A stretch of 6,732 bases of DNA. Origin: a virus (Duplodnaviria; Heunggongvirae; Uroviricota; Caudoviricetes). The DNA lies in the IMG/VR virus record IMGVR_UViG_2541047905_000015; one strand, given 5' to 3'. Of the stretch, positions 1 to 6,732 are shown in pieces. The notes beneath the pieces are model-generated. The model had not been told where the DNA came from. It did not search any database and saw only the letters and a program-made list of their open reading frames with translations. A program made the position numbers and the translations under genes. The first letter of the stretch is position 1, and every line of letters begins with the position of its first letter.

Positions 1-111
1 CCAGACACGCAGAGTCTCCGGCGTACAGCCAATCTTTGGAGCAATGGAACAAATTGTCGCCCATTGTGAGTCATATTCGCCCTGACTTTCCAGAACCATA
101 CGGACTGCCCG

Positions 112-969
112 TTGACGGACTTCAGGGGAAAAACGAGTATTTTTAGTCATCCTGTTTACCTCTTTCTCAGGAAGTTTAGTCTCCAGGATTCCCGGGGCGG
201 TTCAGCGGGTATCGGTGCCGGTATTGAGAATACGCCAGCAGGAATGCAGAGTCAGGTGCTGCTGGCGGCAGACAGGATTGCGATGATTAATCCTGCGAAT
301 GGCAACACAAAGCCGATGTTTGTTGGTCAGGGCGATCAGATATTCATGAACGACGTGTTCCTGAAACGCCTGACGGCTCCCACCATTACCAGCGGCGGTA
401 ATCCTCCGGCATTTTCCCTGACACCGGACGGAAAACTGACCGCTAAAAATGCAGATATCAGTGGCAGTGTGAATGCGAACGCCGGGACGCTCAACAATGT
501 CACAATTAATGAGAACTGTCAGATTAAGGGGAAACTGTCAGCCAACCAGATTGAAGGCGATATAGTCAAAACAGTGGGTAAGGCTTTTCCGCGGGACTCC
601 CGGGCACCGGAGCGGTGGCCATCAGGGACCATTACCGTCAGGATTTATGACGATCAGCCTTTTGACAGGCAAATTGTTATTCCGGCGGTGGCATTCAGCG
701 GCGCTAAACATGAGCGGGAGAATAACGATATTTATTCGTCATGCCGCCTGATAGTACGGAAAAACGGTGCTGAAATTTATAACCGTACCGCGCTGGATAA
801 TACGCTGATTTACAGTGGTGTTATTGATATGCCAGCTGGTCGCGGCCACATGACGCTGGAGTTTTCGGTGTCAGCATGGCTGGTGAATAACTGGTATCCC
901 ACAGCAAGTATCAGCGATTTGCTGGTTGTGGTGATGAAGAAAGCCACCGCAGGCATCAGTATCAGCTGA
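112..969 (+). CDS. J: Central tail fibre / host specificity protein J, C-terminal receptor-binding region (partial; 5' boundary unresolved, possibly frameshifted)
   Basis: The 285-aa ORF reads like the lambda J C-terminus as I recall it ([54 protein letters not shown] motifs) and sits directly upstream of lom, as in lambda. This frame has a TGA at 67-69, so it cannot continue upstream. Only frame 3 is open from the window start, and it stops at 144-146. The ATG at 112 is just the first in-frame Met. Confidence 0.7.
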   Translation: MTDFRGKTSIFSHPVYLFLRKFSLQDSRGGSAGIGAGIENTPAGMQSQVLLAADRIAMINPANGNTKPMFVGQGDQIFMNDVFLKRLTAPTITSGGNPPAFSLTPDGKLTAKNADISGSVNANAGTLNNVTINENCQIKGKLSANQIEGDIVKTVGKAFPRDSRAPERWPSGTITVRIYDDQPFDRQIVIPAVAFSGAKHERENNDIYSSCRLIVRKNGAEIYNRTALDNTLIYSGVIDMPAGRGHMTLEFSVSAWLVNNWYPTASISDLLVVVMKKATAGISIS

Positions 970-988
970 ATTTTATAACCCCAATACG

Positions 989-1015
989 GGCGCCAGAAAT
1001 GGCGCCTTTTTTATT
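989..1015 (+). terminator. Rho-independent terminator between J and lom
   Basis: Perfect hairpin GGCGCCA (989-995), loop GAAA, TGGCGCC (1000-1006), followed by TTTTTTATT. Confidence 0.6.
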
Positions 1016-1036
1016 GCAGAAAAGCGAGAGGTAATT

Positions 1037-1636
1037 ATGCGTAAAGTTTGTGCAGCCATTTTGTCCGCAGCCATCTGTCTGTCCGTATCCGGTGCGCCTG
1101 CATGGGCGTCTGAACATCAGTCCACACTGAGCGCGGGGTATCTTCATGCCCGTACGAACGCTCCCGGCAGCGATAATCTGAACGGGATTAACGTGAAATA
1201 CCGTTATGAGTTTACGGACGCGCTGGGGCTGATTACGTCCTTCAGTTATGCCAATGCTGAGGATGAGCAAAAAACGCACTACAGCGATACCCGCTGGCAT
1301 GAAGATTCCGTGCGTAACCGCTGGTTCAGCGTGATGGCGGGGCCGTCTGTACGCGTGAATGAATGGTTCAGCGCGTATGCGATGGCGGGTGTGGCTTACA
1401 GCCGTGTGTCGACTTTCTCCGGGGATTATCTCCGCGTAACTGACAACAAGGGGAAAACGCACGATGTGCTGACCGGAAGTGATGACGGTCGCCACAGCAA
1501 CACGTCTCTGGCGTGGGGGGCTGGCGTGCAGTTTAACCCGACCGAATCCGTAACCATTGACCTTGCTTATGAAGGTTCCGGTAGTGGCGACTGGCGAACG
1601 GATGCATTTATTGTTGGTATCGGATACCGTTTCTGA
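1037..1636 (+). CDS. lom: Lom outer-membrane beta-barrel protein (Ail/Lom/PagC family)
   Basis: 199 aa with an N-terminal signal peptide (MRKVCAAILSAAICLSVSGAPAWA). Lambda Lom-like motifs GINVKYRYE, SVMAGP, SAYAMAGVA and the C-terminal AYEGSGSGDWRTD.FIVG.GY.F, ending in Phe as outer-membrane barrels do. Preceded by GAGAGG 7 nt before the ATG. Position between J and stf matches lambda. Confidence 0.92.
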   Translation: MRKVCAAILSAAICLSVSGAPAWASEHQSTLSAGYLHARTNAPGSDNLNGINVKYRYEFTDALGLITSFSYANAEDEQKTHYSDTRWHEDSVRNRWFSVMAGPSVRVNEWFSAYAMAGVAYSRVSTFSGDYLRVTDNKGKTHDVLTGSDDGRHSNTSLAWGAGVQFNPTESVTIDLAYEGSGSGDWRTDAFIVGIGYRF

Positions 1637-1741
1637 CAACAGACGCCGATTTATCTTCTGTAAATATTGTTATGATACGCAGGTTCATCCACCTTATGGG
1701 GTGAACTGCGTTTGAGGAAACGTAAAGTTACACTGTCCTGA

Positions 1742-1775
1742 AGCCCGTGGCGTCACTGCTGCGGGCTTTTTTTAT
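1742..1775 (+). terminator. Rho-independent terminator downstream of lom, just upstream of stf
   Basis: Stem AGCCCG (1742-1747) pairs with CGGGCT (1762-1767) around a 14-nt loop, followed by a run of seven T. Confidence 0.5.
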
Positions 1776-1787
1776 TGGTGGAAAAGT

Positions 1788-4700
1788 ATGACAGTAAAAA
1801 TTTCTGGCGTGCTTAAAGATGGCACAGGAAAACCAGTACAGAACTGCACCATTGTGCTGAAGGCCAGACGAACCAGCAGCACGGTGGTGGTGAACACGGT
1901 GGCCTCTGAAAATCCGGATGAAGCCGGACGTTACAGCATGGATGTTGAGCATGGCCAGTACAGCGTCACCCTGCTGGTTGAAGGTTTTCCGCCTTCACAT
2001 GCCGGGACCATTACCGTCTATGAAGGTTCCAGACCAGGTACGCTGAATGATTTTCTCGGTGCCATGACGGAGGATGATGTCCGACCGGAGGCACTGCGCC
2101 GCTTTGAGCAGATGGTGGAAGAGGTGTCACGTAACGCCTCCGCGGTTGCACAGAATACGGCAGCCGCGAAAAAATCAGCCAGCGATGCTAGTGCATCAGC
2201 CAGCGAGGCGGCAACTCATGCAACCGATGCTGCAGCCTCAGCACGTGCCGCCAGCACGTCAGCCGGACAGGCCGCGTCGTCGGCTCAGTCAGCGTCTTCC
2301 AGCGCAGGAACGGCATCGACAAAGGCCCGTGAAGCAGCAAAAAGTGCTGCTGCTGCAGAGTCATCAAAAAGCGCGGCAGCTACCAGCGCCAGTGCCGCGA
2401 AAACGTCAGAAACGAATGCCGCAGCATCACAAAAATCGGCAGCCACTTCTGCATCCACAGCGACCACGAAGGCGTCAGAAGCTGCCACCTCGGCACGGGG
2501 TGCGGCGGCCTCAAAAGAGGCAGCGAAATCTTCAGAAACGAATGCATCATCAAGTGCCAGTAGTGCAGCTTCCTCGGCAACGGCGGCAGGAAATTCCGCG
2601 AAGGCGGCAAAAACGTCCGAGACGAACGCTAAGTCTTCTGAAACAGCAGCGGGACAGAGCGCCTCAGCTGCGGCAGGTTCAAAAACAGCGGCTGCATTAT
2701 CTGCCAGTGCCGCGTCAACAAGTGCCGGGCAGGCCTCAGCCAGTGCCACCGCCGCCGGAAAATCGGCAGAAAGCGCCGCATCATCCGCTTCAACAGCCAC
2801 AACGAAGGCTGGCAAAGCCACTGAGCAAGCCACTGCAGCAGCGAGGTCTGCTTCTGCAGCAAAAACCTCTGAAACAAATGCAAAGACTTCAGCAGACAAT
2901 GCTGCTTCCTCTAAGGCGGCAGCCGCATCGTCAGCCAGTTCAGCGGCGTCATCGGCATCATCTGCGTCTGCTTCAAAAGATGAGGCGACCAGACAAGCGT
3001 CAGCAGCGAAAGGTAGTGCCACGACAGCAACAACGAAAGCATCAGAGGCGGCAGGCAGTGCGACGGCTGCATCTCAGAGCAAAGTTGCTGCTGAATCCGC
3101 GGCAACGCGCGCCGAGACAGCAGCAAAACGGGCAGAGGATATTGAATCCGCCGTGGCGCTGGAGGATGCGAGCACGACGAAAAAGGGGATAGTACAGCTC
3201 AGCAGTGCAACAAACAGCACCAGTGAAAAGCTGGCGGCAACGCCAAAGGCAGTTAAAACTGTTAAAGATAGTTCAGTTCAAAAAACTGGCGACACAATGG
3301 GAGGGCAGTTAAAAATCAGCACGATAAATGCTCTTCGAATATTCAACCAAGCCTTTGGCCTTATTTTTAGGCGTTCCGAAGATCATCTTCATCTTATTCC
3401 GACTAATGAAGGGGAGGGGGAAAATGGAGACATCGGTTCATTAAGACCATTCTCTATAAACTTAAGATCAGGGTTGGTGTCCATCGGTAATGGACTAAAA
3501 GTTGGTGGTAGTGTTACTGGTAATTTGACCGGAAACGCAGATACTGCGACCAAGATCAAGACAGCACGTAAGATTGGGGGCGTGGCATTTGATGGATCGG
3601 CAGATATCAACTTGCCTGGAGTCAACGCTACCGGTAATCAAAACACTACAGGTAATGCTGCGACCGCCACGAAACTTCAGGCAGCCAGAACGATTAACGG
3701 TGTGTCATTTGATGGTAGTGCAAATATCACATTGACCCCTTCAAATATTGGGGCATTGGCATTAACTGGAGGGACTCTTTCAGGTGGTTTAACTGCTGCT
3801 GGTGAGGTTATTTCAAGGTCAGCAAATGGTCTGCGTATTGCCTATGGCAACTATGGATTCTTTATCCGAAATGATGGATCAAACACATATTTTATGTTGA
3901 CAGATTCGGGTAACAGTCTTGGTACGCACAATAGCTTAAGGCCGTTTATAATTAGTAACCATACTGGCAATGTTACAATTGCAACTAAATTAAACGCGAG
4001 TGGTGGTATCACTGGATCTTTATCGGGTAATGCAAGCACAGCAACCAAATTGCAAACTGCAAGGACAATTAACGGCGTAAAATTTGACGGCTCGGCAAAT
4101 ATTGAAGCGTTTCCGCCAGGTGTTCCGCTGCCGTGGCCATCAGATACACCACCTGCAGGTTATGCAATCATGCAGGGGCAGACGTTTGATAAGGCAGCAT
4201 ATCCGAAACTGGCTATTGCCTATCCTTCAGGTGTTATTCCAGATATGCGCGGCTGGACAATCAAGGGCAAACCCGCCAGTGGCCGGGCCGTATTGTCTCA
4301 GGAACAGGACGGCATAAAATCGCACACCCACAGCGCCAGCGCATCCAGTACGGATTTGGGGACGAAAACCACATCGTCGTTTGATTACGGCACTAAATCC
4401 ACGAATAACACCGGGGCGCATACGCACAGTCTGAGTGGCTCTACGGGGTCTGCCGGTGTTCATACTCATGGTAATGGTATTCGTTGGCCAGGAGGCGGCG
4501 GTTCTGCGTTAGCATTTTATGATGGCGGTGGGTTCACTTATGTCCAGAATTCACAGTATCAAGTAAGCCCGGAGACTTCTTCCTATAGATCGTATTATCA
4601 ACGTATTCAGACACAGTCAGCAGGTGCTCATACCCACTCGCTGTCTGGTACTGCAGCAAGTTCTGGCGCACATGCACATACTGTAGGTATTGGTGCGCAT

Positions 4701-4814
4701 ACGCACTCCGTTGCGATTGGTTCACATGGACACACCATCACCGTTAACGCTGCGGGTAACGCGGAAAACACCGTCAAAAACATCGCATTTAACTATATTG
4801 TGAGGCTTGCATAA
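1788..4814 (+). CDS. stf: Side tail fibre protein, mosaic: lambda Stf-like N-terminus, Ala/Ser-rich shaft, tail-fibre repeat module, collar plus His-rich tip
   Basis: 1008 aa. The N-terminus ([22 protein letters not shown]...[14 protein letters not shown]) and the C-terminus ([62 protein letters not shown] ... [31 protein letters not shown]) match lambda Stf as I remember it. Its TAA stop overlaps the tfa start as TAATG (4812-4816). Confidence 0.93.
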   Translation: MTVKISGVLKDGTGKPVQNCTIVLKARRTSSTVVVNTVASENPDEAGRYSMDVEHGQYSVTLLVEGFPPSHAGTITVYEGSRPGTLNDFLGAMTEDDVRPEALRRFEQMVEEVSRNASAVAQNTAAAKKSASDASASASEAATHATDAAASARAASTSAGQAASSAQSASSSAGTASTKAREAAKSAAAAESSKSAAATSASAAKTSETNAAASQKSAATSASTATTKASEAATSARGAAASKEAAKSSETNASSSASSAASSATAAGNSAKAAKTSETNAKSSETAAGQSASAAAGSKTAAALSASAASTSAGQASASATAAGKSAESAASSASTATTKAGKATEQATAAARSASAAKTSETNAKTSADNAASSKAAAASSASSAASSASSASASKDEATRQASAAKGSATTATTKASEAAGSATAASQSKVAAESAATRAETAAKRAEDIESAVALEDASTTKKGIVQLSSATNSTSEKLAATPKAVKTVKDSSVQKTGDTMGGQLKISTINALRIFNQAFGLIFRRSEDHLHLIPTNEGEGENGDIGSLRPFSINLRSGLVSIGNGLKVGGSVTGNLTGNADTATKIKTARKIGGVAFDGSADINLPGVNATGNQNTTGNAATATKLQAARTINGVSFDGSANITLTPSNIGALALTGGTLSGGLTAAGEVISRSANGLRIAYGNYGFFIRNDGSNTYFMLTDSGNSLGTHNSLRPFIISNHTGNVTIATKLNASGGITGSLSGNASTATKLQTARTINGVKFDGSANIEAFPPGVPLPWPSDTPPAGYAIMQGQTFDKAAYPKLAIAYPSGVIPDMRGWTIKGKPASGRAVLSQEQDGIKSHTHSASASSTDLGTKTTSSFDYGTKSTNNTGAHTHSLSGSTGSAGVHTHGNGIRWPGGGGSALAFYDGGGFTYVQNSQYQVSPETSSYRSYYQRIQTQSAGAHTHSLSGTAASSGAHAHTVGIGAHTHSVAIGSHGHTITVNAAGNAENTVKNIAFNYIVRLA
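2130..3140 (+). repeat. Low-complexity Ala/Ser/Thr-rich imperfect tandem repeat region encoding the stf shaft
   Basis: About 330 codons dominated by GCN, TCN and ACN. The motif AAK(T/S)SETNA recurs at nt ~2401, ~2527, ~2611 and ~2861. This region also produces long spurious ORFs in other frames and on the opposite strand. Confidence 0.7.
3529..4107 (+). repeat. Three copies of a ~28-aa phage tail-fibre repeat inside stf
   Basis: [28 protein letters not shown] (nt ~3529-3614), [28 protein letters not shown] (~3650-3733) and [28 protein letters not shown] (~4027-4107). They resemble the Pfam 'phage tail fibre repeat' family (Phage_fiber_2, from memory). The surrounding stretch 3250-4080 looks more AT-rich than the rest of stf. 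Confidence 0.6.
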
Positions 4815-5398
4815 TGGCATTCAGAATGAGTGAACAAGCACGGACCATAAAAATTTATAATCTGCTGGCCGGAACTAATGAATTTATTGGTGAAGGTGAC
4901 GCATATATTCCGCCTCATACAGGTCTGCCAGCAAACAGTACCGATATTGCACCACCAGATATTCCTGCTGGCTTTGTGGCTGTTTTCAACAGTGATGAGG
5001 CATCGTGGCATCTCGTTGAAGACCATCGGGGGAAAACGGTTTATGACGTAGCGTCAGGGGACGAGTTATTTATTTCTGAACTCGGTCCGTTACCGGAAAA
5101 TGTTACCTGGTTATCGCCGGAAGGGGAGTTTCAGAAGTGGAACGGCACAGCCTGGGTGAAGGATACGGAAGCAGAAAAACTGTTCCGGATCCGGGAGGCG
5201 GAAGAAACAAAAAACAACCTGATGCAGGTAGCCAGTGAGCATATTGCGCCGCTTCAGGATGCTGCAGATCTGGAAATTGCAACGGAGGAAGAAACCTCAT
5301 TGCTGGAAGCCTGGAAAAAGTATCGGGTGTTGCTGAACCGTGTTGATACATCAACTGCACCTGATATTGAGTGGCCTACGAACCCTGTCAGGGAGTAA
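4814..5398 (+). CDS. tfa: Tail fibre assembly protein (chaperone for Stf), lambda Tfa-like
   Basis: 194 aa, same length as lambda Tfa and closely matching it as I recall it ([82 protein letters not shown]...). Start is translationally coupled to the stf stop. Confidence 0.93.
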   Translation: MAFRMSEQARTIKIYNLLAGTNEFIGEGDAYIPPHTGLPANSTDIAPPDIPAGFVAVFNSDEASWHLVEDHRGKTVYDVASGDELFISELGPLPENVTWLSPEGEFQKWNGTAWVKDTEAEKLFRIREAEETKNNLMQVASEHIAPLQDAADLEIATEEETSLLEAWKKYRVLLNRVDTSTAPDIEWPTNPVRE

Positions 5399-5447
5399 TC
5401 ATTGGGATTATGCCGCAGCACGTCTTAAGCAAGAACGTGCTGCGGTT
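5233..5447 (+). repeat. Direct repeat copy 1: tfa 3' end plus ~50 bp downstream
   Basis: Aligns by eye with 6282-6497 at an offset of ~1050 bp, roughly 85-90% identical. It covers the last ~54 codons of tfa, the stop, and the downstream TAATCATTGGGATTATGCCGCAG...ACGTGCTGCGGTT. Confidence 0.8.
5413..5445. terminator. Hairpin between the convergent tfa and methyltransferase genes (candidate bidirectional terminator)
   Basis: Perfect 11-bp stem CCGCAGCACGT (5413-5423) / ACGTGCTGCGG (5435-5445) with an 11-nt loop. A T-run (5456-5461) follows on the + strand. No U-tract on the reverse strand, so termination for the methyltransferase would need to be U-tract independent. Confidence 0.4.
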
Positions 5448-5452
5448 GGATG

Positions 5453-6121
5453 CTATTTTTTCCCTGAAGCGGAAAACATTACTACAGTACCTTGAACCTT
5501 GGTTTTAACATTCTCGAAATGCTCTGAGAGTATATGTGTTAAGCCTTCTTCGGAATCTTTTGTGTTTGAAAAGATGCCTTTCTGATTGTAAATGCGCATC
5601 AGTTTTTGACCGAAGCTATTGTGCACAACTCCATCGCCAAGAATTGTGGCTCCGTATAGAGTTCCATCGTCAGTTAAGGCCTGCGCCGCATTGCGTATTA
5701 CACAGCTTTTTGTAGATATATTTCCAGGCAGGCAGTGAAGAAGGTAAAACATGGAAATGGAATCAAATTGACCATGTAACGCCGCGGGATAAGGTTCAAA
5801 AACATCATGGCTAATTTTATGTTTAATTTTTGATTCCCCAGCCCTTGTAGATGCCGCGTTCAGGCTAGCTTCGTTCAAATCCATTAAAGATATCAGACTA
5901 CTCTCAGGTACGTGAGTAAGGTAAAACCCAGTTCCAACACCAATATCCAGATGGTTGTTACCTACATGTTCCAGAAAGTGTGGAAGAAGGTGTTCCTTTG
6001 TAGGACATCCCCATGCAAGCCGATTTGATACTCCCAAAACCCACCAGTCATAAAGCTTTAGGGTAAGTGGTGTGTAAATTTTAGCCCCATCATCTGTGTT
6101 TTTTTTCATTGATTTCACCAT
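5453..6121 (-). CDS. Class I SAM-dependent methyltransferase of unknown substrate (moron), resembling YbcY of the DLP12 prophage
   Basis: 222-aa reverse-strand ORF with a Rossmann-fold SAM-binding motif I (HLDIGVGTGFYL), an acidic motif II (LMDLNE), and FDSISMFYLLHCLP. No DPPY/NPPY or PC-type DNA-methyltransferase motifs. The likely true start is the second Met (nt 6109, giving 218 aa), preceded by GGTGA. Composition looks clearly more AT-rich than the tail genes. Convergent with tfa. Confidence 0.8.
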   Translation of the reverse strand: MVKSMKKNTDDGAKIYTPLTLKLYDWWVLGVSNRLAWGCPTKEHLLPHFLEHVGNNHLDIGVGTGFYLTHVPESSLISLMDLNEASLNAASTRAGESKIKHKISHDVFEPYPAALHGQFDSISMFYLLHCLPGNISTKSCVIRNAAQALTDDGTLYGATILGDGVVHNSFGQKLMRIYNQKGIFSNTKDSEEGLTHILSEHFENVKTKVQGTVVMFSASGKK

Positions 6122-6150
6122 GTTATAGTTTTATTTGTGAATTAAATCAA
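6122..6150 (-). promoter_or_regulatory. Putative sigma70 promoter for the methyltransferase moron
   Basis: On the reverse strand: -35 TTGATT (complement of 6145-6150), 17-bp spacer, -10 TATAAC (complement of 6122-6127), then GGTGA and the ATG at 6109. Near-consensus spacing and hexamers; sequence-only prediction. Confidence 0.4.
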
Positions 6151-6177
6151 TTATGGCGATGAATTACAAGGGGTTAA

Positions 6178-6447
6178 ATGCTGCCGCAGCATAGCGATAT
6201 TGAAATAGCCTGGTATGCTTCGATACAGCAGGAGCCGAATGGCTGGAAGACCGTCACCACACAGTTCTACATCCAGGAATTCAGTGAGTATATTGCGCCA
6301 CTGCAGGATGCTGTAGATCTGGAAATCGCAACGGAGGAAGAAAGATCGTTGCTGGAGGCATGGAATAAATATCGGGTATTGTTGAATCGTGTTGATACAT
6401 CAACTGCACCTGATATTGAGTGGCCTGCAAATCCTGTCAGGGAGTAA
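6178..6447 (+). CDS. Truncated/chimeric tail fibre assembly protein fragment: novel 37-aa N-terminus fused to the Tfa C-terminal ~52 aa (resembles tfaX)
   Basis: 89-aa ORF with AAGGGG 4 nt upstream of the ATG. Residues ~38-89 are near-identical to the Tfa C-terminus; the N-terminus ([37 protein letters not shown]) is unrelated to Tfa. It may be a translated remnant or a pseudogene. Confidence 0.6.
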   Translation: MLPQHSDIEIAWYASIQQEPNGWKTVTTQFYIQEFSEYIAPLQDAVDLEIATEEERSLLEAWNKYRVLLNRVDTSTAPDIEWPANPVRE

Positions 6448-6497
6448 TCATTGGGATTATGCCGCAGATACGTCGTATGCAGGAACGTGCTGCGGTT
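6282..6497 (+). repeat. Direct repeat copy 2: 3' end of the tfa-like fragment plus ~50 bp downstream
   Basis: Same orientation as copy 1. Encodes ...[51 protein letters not shown], against ...[51 protein letters not shown] in tfa. Confidence 0.8.
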
Positions 6498-6561
6498 AGT
6501 TTGTGAGCTTTCGATAGTGGTTGTTATTTTTGCCCTTATTTGTTCCGGAGGCCATGGTTCA

Positions 6562-6732
6562 ATGGTCCGTCTGCCCCCTGTGGTGATGTCAGCAAAATCA
6601 GCCACTGCGCGAACCACAATAGCCCGGGAAGATGCTGAAGATCACCAGGTAAAGCTGTCAGCGCAGAAACTGGAAGAACTGCTCGCATCAATGGTTAAGG
6701 ATGAGGTTGATCGCAATGATGGGATTTATTGA
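6562..6732 (+). CDS. Small hypothetical protein (56 aa from ATG 6562; the ORF is open from 6451 if an upstream TTG or GTG is used)
   Basis: ORF ends with TGA exactly at the window edge. GGAGG at 6547-6551 lies 10 nt upstream of ATG 6562. Product MVRLPPVVMSAKSATARTTIAREDAEDHQVKLSAQKLEELLASMVKDEVDRNDGIY is charged and probably helical; I recognise no family. Confidence 0.35.
   Translation: MVRLPPVVMSAKSATARTTIAREDAEDHQVKLSAQKLEELLASMVKDEVDRNDGIY

Noticed and set aside
962-1639. 225-aa reverse-strand ORF spanning the whole of lom
   Set aside because: Exactly antisense to a confidently identified lom gene, and it runs through the J-lom terminator. Spurious.
1728-1952. 74-aa reverse-strand ORF overlapping the stf start and the lom terminator
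   Set aside because: Overlaps the conserved stf N-terminus on the opposite strand and spans the terminator hairpin. No supporting signal.
2285-3022. 245-aa reverse-strand ORF, Ala-rich, antisense to the stf shaft region
   Set aside because: Antisense artefact of the same GCN-rich repeat; GCN codons read as Ala-rich on the complement as well. Two further minus-strand ORFs inside this region (2380-2610, 2629-2883) are rejected for the same reason.
2074-3192. 372-aa + strand ORF, extremely Arg/Gln/Pro-rich, overlapping stf in another frame
   Set aside because: Alternative-frame reading of the GC-rich Ala/Ser codon repeats of stf. Low-complexity, no ribosome-binding-site context, and fully embedded in a well-supported gene.
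3389-5360. Other short ORFs inside stf and tfa: 3389-3625 -, 3851-4048 -, 4084-4317 +, 4227-4469 -, 4534-4725 -, 4793-5026 -, 5103-5360 -
   Set aside because: All are embedded in or antisense to the strongly supported stf and tfa genes, and none shows recognisable protein features.
5453-6121. Methyltransferase as part of a restriction-modification system
   Set aside because: No DPPY/NPPY or PC-ENV catalytic motifs, no target-recognition domain, and no adjacent nuclease ORF. The architecture fits a small-molecule, protein or RNA class I methyltransferase better.
4814-6447. Possible invertible tail-fibre segment (Mu G / P1 C / e14 P-segment type) because of the duplicated tfa ends
   Set aside because: The two tfa-related copies are direct, not inverted, repeats. 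No invertase gene (pin/gin/cin) or inverted crossover sites are visible in the window.
6267-6617. 116-aa reverse-strand ORF overlapping the tfa-like fragment and the small downstream ORF
   Set aside because: Antisense to two better-supported + strand ORFs, with no recognisable motifs or ribosome-binding site.

Overview
The window is the host-range end of the late tail operon of a lambda-like (lambdoid) enterobacterial prophage, all on the + strand: the C-terminal receptor-binding part of the central tail fibre protein J, then lom, then a long mosaic side tail fibre gene (stf, 1008 aa) and its assembly chaperone tfa. The part worth a second look lies downstream of tfa: an AT-rich, reverse-strand gene for a class I SAM-dependent methyltransferase, with its own sigma70-like promoter, sits between two direct copies (~215 bp, ~85-90% identical) of the tfa 3' end. 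The second copy forms a chimeric 89-aa tfa-like ORF. I recall the same tfa-methyltransferase-tfa' order from the DLP12 cryptic prophage of E. coli K-12 (tfaD-ybcY-tfaX); that is from memory, not a search. The methyltransferase has no DNA-methyltransferase motifs and no nuclease partner, so its substrate is unknown. Other points: J appears to change reading frame near the window start, stf carries an AT-rich inserted repeat module, and a short unidentifiable ORF ends exactly at the window edge. No tRNA, CRISPR, integrase or transposase is visible. All similarity statements come from reading the translations; nothing was searched or computed.
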